From Candidatus Saccharimonadota bacterium (GTDB taxonomy: Bacteria > Patescibacteriota > Saccharimonadia > Saccharimonadales > UBA4665), in contig CP025011.1 of the NCBI GenBank assembly GCA_002952755.1, forward strand, positions 1,418,270 through 1,450,269: DNA of 32,000 nt, read 5' to 3'. The first letter of the stretch is position 1. Each line of letters starts with the position of its first letter. This document shows positions 7,528 through 14,469 of the stretch, piece after piece. A program made the position numbers and the translations under genes. The notes beneath the pieces were generated by a model. The model was not told the DNA's origin and did no database searches. It saw only the letters and a program-made list of their open reading frames with translations.

Positions 7528-7535
7528 TAGGCAGG

Positions 7536-8111
7536 TTAAAAACGAACGCGGCGCATCAGCTGATCGAACCCATCTCTGACAGCAGGCTGCATAGGCAAGT
7601 GTGCGCCGAGGGCGGTCATAATGGCGTGCTCGTCTTCTGGCGAAAAATAGATACTTAAAGGCGGCATAAAACGCTTTAGCGGAGCAAAGGTGATGCTGGT
7701 GAATGCCCCCTCGTTAATGAGTGCAAACGATTTAAACTCGCCATAAGGGTGAAATTTCTGACCAATCGTCAGCCCGGACCGATCGAGCCGGTAGGTAAGT
7801 ACGCGCGGTTGGCGCGACGTGGCATATCCCAGCACACAACTTAAAATTACAATCACGACTACCGAAAAAATGTCACGGGTAAGTGCAAAAATACCGACGG
7901 CCAACAGCAAGCCAATACCTCCAAATCCAAGATACCAGGCGAAGCCTTTCTGGTGAGCTACGAACTCTGATGCCGTCCACTCGACATCCCCAGGCGCTGG
8001 GGCAGAGGGGCCGGGATTGGGGGTGGGGGTGTTGGCCGGTCCACTGCTTGGCGCGTATTGCCACCCGCTCTGAGGTTCCTGGCCGGTCGTTTTCTGATTG
8101 CCCTCATCCAT
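7536..8111 (-). CDS. membrane protein with Pro-rich N-terminus, two TM helices and a possible bacterial PH-like C-terminal domain
   Basis: MDEGNQ..PAPGDVEW, then FAWYLGFGGIGLLLAVGIFAL and IFSVVVIVILSCVLGYA. The following RVLTYRLDRSGLTIGQKFHPYGEFKSF resembles YdbS/YdbT-type PH domains (weak call). ATG 8111 is preferred over TTG 8129. Confidence 0.6.
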   Translation of the reverse strand: MDEGNQKTTGQEPQSGWQYAPSSGPANTPTPNPGPSAPAPGDVEWTASEFVAHQKGFAWYLGFGGIGLLLAVGIFALTRDIFSVVVIVILSCVLGYATSRQPRVLTYRLDRSGLTIGQKFHPYGEFKSFALINEGAFTSITFAPLKRFMPPLSIYFSPEDEHAIMTALGAHLPMQPAVRDGFDQLMRRVRF

Positions 8112-8275
8112 ATGCGCTTTATTGTACAACGTAGCATTATTGGTTGGTAGAGGGAAGTATGCGCGCTGCTTACGATCATGAGGGGGGTGTTAGCATCTCA
8201 GACCGATGCTCATCTTTACAAACTGAGATACGGTGACTGTCTGCAAAACAGTCGCAAAGCTGCTATCATCGGAAG

Positions 8276-8869
8276 GTGGAAAAAGGCAGTATTGTTTTTA
8301 CTGAAGTGAGTAGGCTTTACAATACAGCCGCAACAAGCATGGGCAAATGGATGTGGGACAACCATGTGCAATGGGTGACCAGCAAGGCCATCCAACTAGC
8401 CAAAAAATATGGAGCCGATACTCAAAAAGTATACTGCGCTGCTTTATTGCATGACCTAGGAGATGCACGATACGAGCGGGATCATTCCGCTTTTGAGTCT
8501 TGGTCGTGGGAGACGGGCAAGGCAATACTTAAAAAGGCCGGCCTTCGCAAAGCTGCGCGCGATGCGATTCTCGAAGCCATTCGCACACATTCATGTCATC
8601 CCGGTCACCTCCCAACAACCATTGAAGGGAAGGTGCTCGCCACAGCGGACGGCATGTGGCACGTGCAAACAAACTTCTTTCCAGTTATTTGCTACATGAA
8701 TCGGCCAGACACCACTAAAACATTCAATGAGTGGCAGGAGTGGTTTACGACCAAAATTGAGCGCGATTTCGGCCCTAAAATCTTCTTTAGAGACGAACGA
8801 AATGAGGTGCGTGAAAATTACGAAGCCCTCAAAAGAGTATTCGAGAATAAAACGTTGTCAAACCCCTAG
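8276..8869 (+). CDS. HD-domain metal-dependent phosphohydrolase
   Basis: The AALLHDLGD motif follows a helix in the usual position, with further His residues (IRTHSCHPGH). The track start is GTG 8276; the alternative ATG at 8339 is equally plausible. Confidence 0.75.
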   Translation: MEKGSIVFTEVSRLYNTAATSMGKWMWDNHVQWVTSKAIQLAKKYGADTQKVYCAALLHDLGDARYERDHSAFESWSWETGKAILKKAGLRKAARDAILEAIRTHSCHPGHLPTTIEGKVLATADGMWHVQTNFFPVICYMNRPDTTKTFNEWQEWFTTKIERDFGPKIFFRDERNEVRENYEALKRVFENKTLSNP

Positions 8870-9009
8870 CTCTACATCTGCTATCAGTAGAGTGGGTCTA
8901 TCTTGCATCGCTCCCCCGTTCAGTCGCTTTAGGCGTAGACCTGCACCGTATGCTCGTTCACTCTATACAATCAAAACAAAACAGCCTACTACTGCAGACT
9001 GTTTTGTTT

Positions 9010-9102
9010 TGGCGGAGAGGGAGGGATTCGAACCCTCGCGGGAACTTGCGCCCCCCTATCGATTTAGCAAACCGACCCCTTCAGCCGCTTGGGTACCTCT
9101 CC
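9010..9102 (-). tRNA. tRNA-Ser (anticodon GCU)
   Basis: Reverse complement: GGAGAGG TA CCCAAGCGGCTGAAGGGG TCGGT TTGCTAA ATCGA, a long variable arm, GAGGG TTCGAAT CCCTC CCTCTCC G CCA. Its acceptor and T arms are identical to those of tRNA-Ser(CGA). Confidence 0.92.
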
Positions 9103-9321
9103 ATATGGACCAAGTTATTGTACTACAATTGGTCTCTGTTGGCGAGTGATTTTAAAGACTTTGTTTCGAAGTCGACACCGGCACTTCGTTGTTCGATATA
9201 CCCAAATCTCTTTTGCCGCTCGCGGGTAGTGCGGATGCGAACGATATGCGGCAATTGCCGCAGCACTTTCTGCACGGCCCATAGATAACACCCGTTTTTG
9301 AATAATACCTAAATGAGCTAC

Positions 9322-9358
9322 ATCATAATTTCCATTTTCCATGGGCTGGCCTTGGAAG
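9322..9358. repeat. direct repeat, left copy (ATCATAATTTCCATTTTCCATGGGCTGGCCTTGGAAG)
   Basis: It matches 9760..9793 apart from two 1-nt indels. Both copies lie upstream (minus-strand sense) of a tRNA-Ser gene. Confidence 0.6.
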
Positions 9359-9544
9359 AGGTTGGAAAATCAGAATGAATGCAGATCGTACAAGGCGGGG
9401 GCGTCTGCTTCGAAGACTGGACGTGGGGAAGGGGTGGGATCGCTCCGTTTCACTTCGCTCCGCCGCTCGGACATGCTCGGTGCAAGCACCTGCGCGTGTC
9501 TTCGCTCTACCGAACCCACGGTGACGCGACGCTTGCGCGCCGCT

Positions 9545-9579
9545 CTCACCGTGGGTTCGAATCCCACACTCAACCGCCA
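9545..9579 (+). pseudogene. tRNA 3'-half-like fragment (T arm + acceptor + GCCA) without a recognisable 5' half
   Basis: CTCACC GTGGG TTCGAAT CCCAC ACTCAACC G CCA. The first 23 nt are identical to the corresponding part of tRNA-Ser(UGA) on the other strand, but the acceptor strand differs. No matching GGTTGAGT 5' strand or D/anticodon arms were found upstream. Confidence 0.4.
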
Positions 9580-9613
9580 AAGCAAAAGCCCGCTTTCATG
9601 CGGGCTTTTGCTT
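9580..9613. terminator. bidirectional hairpin terminator shared by the tRNA-like fragment and tRNA-Ser(UGA)
   Basis: AAGCAAAAGCCCGC-TTTCAT-GCGGGCTTTTGCTT is a perfect palindrome that extends into both flanking CCGCCA / TGGCGG ends. Confidence 0.6.
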
Positions 9614-9701
9614 TGGCGGAAGGGGTGGGATTCGAACCCACGGTGAGTTGCCCCACGACGGTTTTCAAGACCGTTACCATCGACCGCTCGGTCACCCTTC
9701 C
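9614..9701 (-). tRNA. tRNA-Ser (anticodon UGA)
   Basis: Reverse complement: GGAAGGG TG ACCGAGCGGTCGATGGT A ACGGT CTTGAAA ACCGT CGTGGGGCAACTCACC GTGGG TTCGAAT CCCAC CCCTTCC G CCA. A TATAAT box lies about 12 nt upstream (GGTGGTATAATCGCC). Confidence 0.92.
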
Positions 9702-9759
9702 GTAACAGAGGCGATTATACCACCAATCAGGATAATCGAGCAAAACGGACTGCCGCTAG

Positions 9760-9793
9760 ATCATAATTTCATTTTCCATGGGCTGCCTTGGAA
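9760..9793. repeat. direct repeat, right copy (ATCATAATTTCATTTTCCATGGGCTGCCTTGGAAG)
   Basis: Partner of 9322..9358. Confidence 0.6.
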
Positions 9794-9803
9794 GGGAAAG
9801 GGT

Positions 9804-10466
9804 TTAGGCGGCAGCGAAAACTGCTGCGCTTACTCGGCGGGCTCCGGCGCTTTTTAGCGCTTGAGCGGCCGCTTCGCATGTTGCACCCGTTGTAAGAACA
9901 TCATCAATCAAAAGTACATGCTGGTTTAACAATTCTGGTCGAATGGCCCGGAATGCATTCCGCATCTGGCGCTGACGTTGTGTGCGTTTTTGTCCCACTT
10001 GGCGCTGCTCTCCGGTGCGCACGAGCAAGGTAGCGTAAGAAATACCGACACGCCTGGCCAAAGCACGGGCAATAAGCGCAGCCTGGTCGTACCCACGTTG
10101 GCGTACGCGTGCGGGCGCGGTTGGTATGTGACTAATAACAGTACACTCTCTCACTTCTAGGCAGTCGGCGAGCAAAGCAGCCATGTCATCGGCCGCTTTG
10201 CGACAACGGTCAAATTTTAACTTATATACAAGCTCTTTGGCTGCAGCATCGTACATTGTGCCCACCCACACCCTATATAAATTTGACGTCGATCTACAAA
10301 GGCGACAAGTACGAAAATCGTCAGTCAACCGCTTGCAGCGATAGCAGCGCGACGGAAAGGCAGGGATGGTTTGGCTGCACGAAGCACATAATAAGCGTCC
10401 TTCACTACCGCACAATAGGCAGTCATAAGGGGCCACGAGGGAGAGTAATTGATCTACTATGCTCAT
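9804..10466 (-). CDS. comFC: ComF-family protein (ComFC-type phosphoribosyltransferase-like competence protein)
   Basis: There is an N-terminal 4-Cys zinc finger (CLLCGSEG..CASC, then CYRC..C..C) and a C-terminal PRTase motif VLLIDDVLTTGAT. ATG 10466 (MSIVDQLL) is preferred over TTG 10508. Confidence 0.85.
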   Translation of the reverse strand: MSIVDQLLSLVAPYDCLLCGSEGRLLCASCSQTIPAFPSRCYRCKRLTDDFRTCRLCRSTSNLYRVWVGTMYDAAAKELVYKLKFDRCRKAADDMAALLADCLEVRECTVISHIPTAPARVRQRGYDQAALIARALARRVGISYATLLVRTGEQRQVGQKRTQRQRQMRNAFRAIRPELLNQHVLLIDDVLTTGATCEAAAQALKSAGARRVSAAVFAAA

Positions 10467-10588
10467 GTTGTATTTTTTGTGTTGTAAATAACCCGTTTGC
10501 GGTTGCAACCTAAATATTACCTAAGCTATACTACCATTAACACAAACATTCGAACACCTTAGAACTAAGTACGTGGAGGGTAACAACT

Positions 10589-11074
10589 ATGGCGCGACGC
10601 ACAAGTGGCGACGACGACCTGCTCATGCAAGAGGACGAATTAACCGCCGCTTTTTTGGGTGATGATGAAGCAATTGCTCCAGCAGATACCCAGAGCGCAG
10701 GCGCTGGACCAACGGCCGCAAATGATGATTGGGACGAAAGCGAAGACCTGCCAGGGCAACTCGCAGTAGACGTATACGAAACCAGAGAAAAACTGGTTGT
10801 AAAAGCCCGGACTGCCGGTGTAAATAAGAGTGACCTTGACGTTAGTATTTCTGACAACACACTCAGTATTCGCGGCACATTATCTGCCGGCAACGAAGAC
10901 GGAGTAGAGAACTACTTTGTTCAGGAATGCTACTGGGGCGAATTCTCTCGCAGCATTGCGCTGCCGGTGCCAGTTAAGGAAGAAGAGATCGAAGCTGTTC
11001 TTAAAGACGGCGTCCTTACCATCAGCTTTGCAAAAGTAAAACAGGATACGGTAAAAAAGATCCAGGTCCTCTAA
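10589..11074 (+). CDS. Hsp20/alpha-crystallin family small heat-shock protein
   Basis: The alpha-crystallin domain pattern is LAVDVYETREKLVVKARTAGVNKSDLDVSISDNTLSIRG...FSRSIALPVPVKEEEIEAVLKDGVLTISFAK. GGAGGG lies 8 nt upstream of the ATG. Confidence 0.9.
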   Translation: MARRTSGDDDLLMQEDELTAAFLGDDEAIAPADTQSAGAGPTAANDDWDESEDLPGQLAVDVYETREKLVVKARTAGVNKSDLDVSISDNTLSIRGTLSAGNEDGVENYFVQECYWGEFSRSIALPVPVKEEEIEAVLKDGVLTISFAKVKQDTVKKIQVL

Positions 11075-11091
11075 AAAACTGCCAGAACTAT

Positions 11092-11125
11092 AAAACACCA
11101 TCGTTCATCCGATGGTGTTTTATTA
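11092..11125 (+). terminator. intrinsic terminator after hsp20
   Basis: AAACACCATCG-TTCATC-CGATGGTGTTT followed by TATT. Confidence 0.6.
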
Positions 11126-11371
11126 TATGCAAAACGCAACAGGTCCGCTGGCCATATAGACTCACCCCCTTTAAAAATAATGTATATGGTACCTGAGTGA
11201 GGCTAATTTTATTTCAGCATTCCTGGCAACAGTGCCTGGTATATTGTGTGGAAATTAATTCAGGGTGGGAGCGAGAGAAGGACAGATGCCAATGCTTACG
11301 TCTAGTGTTATCAGCTCATACTGTACGGTATGCTGCCTCATAGACCTGCTCTTATATTCTCAGCCCATATA

Positions 11372-11404
11372 TAAAAACCCGCCTTTTTTAGGGGCGGATT
11401 TTTG
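11372..11404 (-). terminator. intrinsic terminator at the end of the pilin operon (readable on both strands)
   Basis: The minus strand reads CCGCCCC-TAAAAAA-GGCGGG followed by TTTTTAT, 23 nt downstream of the stop of the last pilin gene. Confidence 0.55.
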
Positions 11405-11426
11405 ACGTGTTCGAAATAAATGTAGC

Positions 11427-11879
11427 TTACGGTCCTGCCGGCGCTCCGGTGCCCGTATTGTTCACTTTGTCGAAGACAAACTTAACAACAACTTGTGCCA
11501 GAGCAACGATAACGAGGCCGATTACCGCATACACAATAGTGTTTTTGGCGCTGGTAATATTGCCTGAATCGCCCCCGGAAGTAATGTACTTAAAGCCGCC
11601 AAGCACGATCATGATAACGGCAATAATACCGACTACGATAGAGAAAATGTTTATAACCGTAGTAACAATATTCTGGACTTTGGTCGCCGATGATTGGTCG
11701 GCACTCGTATCAGCAGTACAAGTCTGGCCATTACCAGCAGTGCTCAACCCGGTGCCTTGAGATAAGCAGTCGCCGATAGTAGGAGCTGCATGCACCGCAA
11801 CAGGCACTAGCGCAGGCACAATGCTAAGCGCAAGAGTGGCGACGATAGCCGCGAAATGCTTACGAACGGTTTGTAACAT
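11427..11879 (-). CDS. T4SS pilin-like protein (TrbC/VirB2-type helical hairpin), paralog 1
   Basis: 150 aa. The signal peptide ends VAVHA|AP and is followed by a short Ser/Thr/Gly-rich ectodomain with 2 Cys. Then comes IFSIVVGIIAVIMIVLGGFKYITSGGDSGNITSAKNTIVYAVIGLVIVALAQVVV (helix-loop-helix). AAGGA lies 10 nt upstream of the ATG. Confidence 0.8.
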   Translation of the reverse strand: MLQTVRKHFAAIVATLALSIVPALVPVAVHAAPTIGDCLSQGTGLSTAGNGQTCTADTSADQSSATKVQNIVTTVINIFSIVVGIIAVIMIVLGGFKYITSGGDSGNITSAKNTIVYAVIGLVIVALAQVVVKFVFDKVNNTGTGAPAGP

Positions 11880-11959
11880 AATGAAATGTCCTTTCTTTGA
11901 ACGCTTTATTTACGTTATACCACAGGCATAAGCCGCATTACAATGGCACCGGAAAAAAA

Positions 11960-12409
11960 TTAGGATCTTGCTTTGGCCTTAACTGGGGGCGGGGTAGCAG
12001 TCGAGGTAGTGACGACATACTTAACGAGAATTTGAGCAAAGAACACCAATACCAAGCCAATAATTGCGTACGTAATAGTTTGCTTAGCCTTGGAAACAGC
12101 ATTGGCGTCACCCCCAGAAGTTATATAACGAAACCCGCCAACCATCATCATAATCACCGCAACAATACCGACTATGATACTAAGTATGTTCACTGCCGAA
12201 GCAATCGTATTGTCCAGGGATGGGCCGCTACTTACACACACTGCGCCAGTACCCGGATTTGTCCAGGTACCCCCCGAACCAATACAAGCCTGCTGCTTAG
12301 CAGCATCAGTAGAAGTGTCGGCCGAAGCTGGAGCGGGTAACAGCCAGTTGCTCGCAACGACGCTAATAAGAGTTACGCTTATGAGCAATATACGCCTGAA
12401 TATATACAT
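11960..12409 (-). CDS. T4SS pilin-like protein, paralog 2
   Basis: 149 aa. The signal peptide ends APASA|DT and the ectodomain has 2 Cys. The hairpin is ILSIIVGIVAVIMMMVGGFRYITSGGDANAVSKAKQTITYAIIGLVLVFFAQILV, followed by a Pro/Lys tail. Confidence 0.8.
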   Translation of the reverse strand: MYIFRRILLISVTLISVVASNWLLPAPASADTSTDAAKQQACIGSGGTWTNPGTGAVCVSSGPSLDNTIASAVNILSIIVGIVAVIMMMVGGFRYITSGGDANAVSKAKQTITYAIIGLVLVFFAQILVKYVVTTSTATPPPVKAKARS

Positions 12410-12419
12410 GTTGCCTCCA

Positions 12420-12833
12420 TTATTTCACGATATTAACAGCTAGGGCAAGAATTGCTTGGGCAAGAAGAATAACGAGCAGCCCAATGCCTGCAGCAATCAT
12501 GGTACGCCGGGCGTTCGCCGCTTTATTGGGATCGCCAGCGGCCGTAACATAATTAAAACCACCGACTATCATTAAAATTACCGCGGCGATACCTGAGACA
12601 GTCGACAGTATGAGCCCAACCTTGTACAAAATGCCGTTGGTGCCGCCAATAGGATTTTGCCCACTCGTCGTACAAACCGTTGAAGGGTTTTTGCCGGGCG
12701 TATTAGTCACACCTGTGTTCGAGCAGGCGTTTTGAAATGGATTAAAAGCTGCTGCTGAATGTGGTAAGAAAACAAAGACGATTCCAAACGCCAGTACAAA
12801 AACCGTAACCAGCAAGCGCGTATGTCGCAACAT
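12420..12833 (-). CDS. T4SS pilin-like protein, paralog 3
   Basis: 137 aa. The signal peptide ends HSAAA|FN and the ectodomain has 2 Cys. The hairpin is ILSTVSGIAAVILMIVGGFNYVTAAGDPNKAANARRTMIAAGIGLLVILLAQAIL. Confidence 0.8.
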   Translation of the reverse strand: MLRHTRLLVTVFVLAFGIVFVFLPHSAAAFNPFQNACSNTGVTNTPGKNPSTVCTTSGQNPIGGTNGILYKVGLILSTVSGIAAVILMIVGGFNYVTAAGDPNKAANARRTMIAAGIGLLVILLAQAILALAVNIVK

Positions 12834-12846
12834 ATTATATTACCTC

Positions 12847-13542
12847 CTATATATGACCAAGTGCATAGTTAACAATCGAGAAGGCAAGCATGGATACAAC
12901 CAGTCCAATAGCAGCATATATAATCGTGTTTTTCGTTTTTGCCATAGTATTAGGGTCGCCATTGGAAGTAACGTAGCGCAATCCGGCGATAATCAGCACT
13001 AATAACGCCACGCTGCCAAATAGCCCAATCACAATATTATAGAGGGAGAGAAGTGTAGTATTTGATGCCGCTGCATTAGGCAGGCTACTTAGGTCTACCC
13101 CGCTTGAGGTTTTGCCTGCACCTCCAGTTCCACCAAGACTCTCGCCAAGGAACCGTACGGCAGCAGCAGCGACGACGGTGATTCCTAGACCCACGAGGGA
13201 ATTAATAATGGTGCCGAGGGCATGCTTGGCTTTTTCGGGTTCACCCTGCGCGGTTATATATTGAAAGCCGGCATACACGATAAACCCGATGGCAACCAGA
13301 GCGCCGACACGGAGCAAAATATCGACAACACCAAGACCGACCAAACCAATCGAGCTAAGATCAAGATTACCGGTTGTATGATCAATAAAATGCGGGTCCA
13401 CCGAACAAAGACCGCTCGAATCTATTGTTACGTACTTCGCCCTGTCGAGATACTCAAACCACGAAGGGATCCCAAAGAAATTTCCTGGCTCCGGGCAGGG
13501 GCTCGCTCCAGCGGCAAAATGAGTCAATATATCCAAAAACAT
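12847..13542 (-). CDS. tandem double T4SS pilin-like protein (two hairpin modules in one chain), paralog 4
   Basis: 231 aa. Module a is LLRVGALVAIGFIVYAGFQYITAQGEPEKAKHALGTIINSLVGLGITVVAAAAV. Module b is IGLFGSVALLVLIIAGLRYVTSNGDPNTMAKTKNTIIYAAIGLVVSMLAFSIV. They are joined by a Gly/Ser linker. There is no obvious N-terminal signal peptide (MFLDILTHFAAGASPCPEPG...). Confidence 0.75.
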   Translation of the reverse strand: MFLDILTHFAAGASPCPEPGNFFGIPSWFEYLDRAKYVTIDSSGLCSVDPHFIDHTTGNLDLSSIGLVGLGVVDILLRVGALVAIGFIVYAGFQYITAQGEPEKAKHALGTIINSLVGLGITVVAAAAVRFLGESLGGTGGAGKTSSGVDLSSLPNAAASNTTLLSLYNIVIGLFGSVALLVLIIAGLRYVTSNGDPNTMAKTKNTIIYAAIGLVVSMLAFSIVNYALGHI

Positions 13543-13570
13543 GTCGATACCAGATACCGTTCATTACTCA

Positions 13571-14185
13571 TTATAGGATACCTCCGGGTGTAATCCACTG
13601 CAGGAAGGCCCACAAAAATCCAAAGGCTATAATCGCTATAACCGCATTAATAATACGCTGCTGAGCCGCTGCTGTGACATTCGGCTGGTCTGCCGAGGTG
13701 CTGTACTGAATACCCGCGACAATAATAGAAATGACAGCGGCAAGTACTACCACGACAGCCAATGTATTAATAATGGGATTTAGGTATTGGCGAACGATGC
13801 TGCACTGCTGCTGCGGGTCGAGTTCTGTTGGGCAATTGTTCCCACCTTTTGCGGCATTGTCAGTGCTGCCCGACGCGGTCTGAGCCTGGACGACATTCTT
13901 GGCTTGAAAAACGTCCCCGGAACAGTCGGATTGCGATACCCAGCCTTTCGCGGCATCCGATAGGGTGTAACATTTACCGGCTGCAAAGATGCCTTTACTC
14001 GGAGCTTTACCGTCCACGGGAAGGGTAGGAGTATCTGCGCATTGTGTAGTTATGCCAGCTAGTGCGTCAAAACATAATGCAGGACTGGCAGCGTGCACAA
14101 TGGCTGCCGGAAATACTGCCGACGGTACCGCGACTGCCGCACTGAAGAGGACTACTTGAATTATGTGTTTTACGCGCTGCAGCAT
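13571..14185 (-). CDS. T4SS pilin-like protein with enlarged 6-Cys ectodomain, paralog 5 (first gene of the operon)
   Basis: 204 aa. The signal peptide ends AIVHA|AS and is followed by a ~105-aa ectodomain with 6 Cys. The hairpin is INTLAVVVVLAAVISIIVAGIQYSTSADQPNVTAAAQQRIINAVIAIIAFGFLWAFL. Confidence 0.75.
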   Translation of the reverse strand: MLQRVKHIIQVVLFSAAVAVPSAVFPAAIVHAASPALCFDALAGITTQCADTPTLPVDGKAPSKGIFAAGKCYTLSDAAKGWVSQSDCSGDVFQAKNVVQAQTASGSTDNAAKGGNNCPTELDPQQQCSIVRQYLNPIINTLAVVVVLAAVISIIVAGIQYSTSADQPNVTAAAQQRIINAVIAIIAFGFLWAFLQWITPGGIL

Positions 14186-14469
14186 ATCTTCCGTTTTTTA
14201 GTTCTGCTTATTATAGAGTATAGGTCATCGCAGAATAATCACAAGCTACCCCGTATTTACACTTATCCCTACTCGCGTCATCCCGGATCTATTCTTACCG
14301 ACTTCATGTATTCCGCTGCTGGATGTCGGTCAAGTCCGGGAGGACCAAGAGTGGACGTTTTAAGACATGCGCGGGCACGAGCAGACGGGTATAAGCAACC
14401 GCATGCTCGTTGTATTAAATAGTGCCTGCTGCTACACTTTAACTTGAAAGCAAAGAGATACTACAAAGC
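14186..14469. promoter_or_regulatory. divergent control region between the pilin operon and the T4SS machinery operon
   Basis: 284 bp non-coding. On the minus strand a perfect TATAAT (14210..14215) sits 25 nt from the pilin ATG. On the plus strand TTGTAT-17 nt-TACACT (14410..14438) sits 31 nt from ATG 14470. An inverted repeat ACGAGCA...TGCTCGT (14377..14410) abuts the plus-strand -35 box. Confidence 0.35.

Noticed and set aside
9362-9579. The plus-strand tRNA-like 3' end (GTGGG TTCGAAT CCCAC ACTCAACC G CCA) considered as tmRNA, tRNA-Sec (8-bp acceptor, G73) or an intron-containing tRNA.
   Set aside because: For tmRNA, position 70 is A (no G3-U70), the discriminator is G rather than A, and I found no plausible tag ORF ending in a hydrophobic/Ala tail. 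For tRNA-Sec, the required 5' strand GGTTGAGT, the D arm and a UCA anticodon arm are absent within ~100 nt. For an intron-containing tRNA, the only partial 5' partner (GGTTGGA at 9362) is followed by sequence with no D-arm features, and 150 nt is too short for a group I intron. It is kept only as a fragment pending covariance-model searches.
8727-9705. Overlapping track ORFs in all frames (8727..9149, 8950..9288, 9115..9342, 9323..9580, 9341..9646, 9370..9585, 9379..9705).
   Set aside because: They overlap two clear tRNA-Ser genes, a palindromic terminator and tRNA-derived fragments. Open frames on both strands are the expected by-product of GC-rich structured non-coding sequence. None has a plausible start context.
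11427-14185. The five small secreted proteins considered as type IV pilus (PilA/ComGC-type) pilins, given the nearby comFC.
   Set aside because: None has the class III prepilin signature (short basic leader, G|F/M-T-L-x-E, a single N-terminal hydrophobic helix). Instead they have ordinary Ala-x-Ala signal peptides and a C-terminal two-helix hairpin, which is the VirB2/TrbC-type topology.
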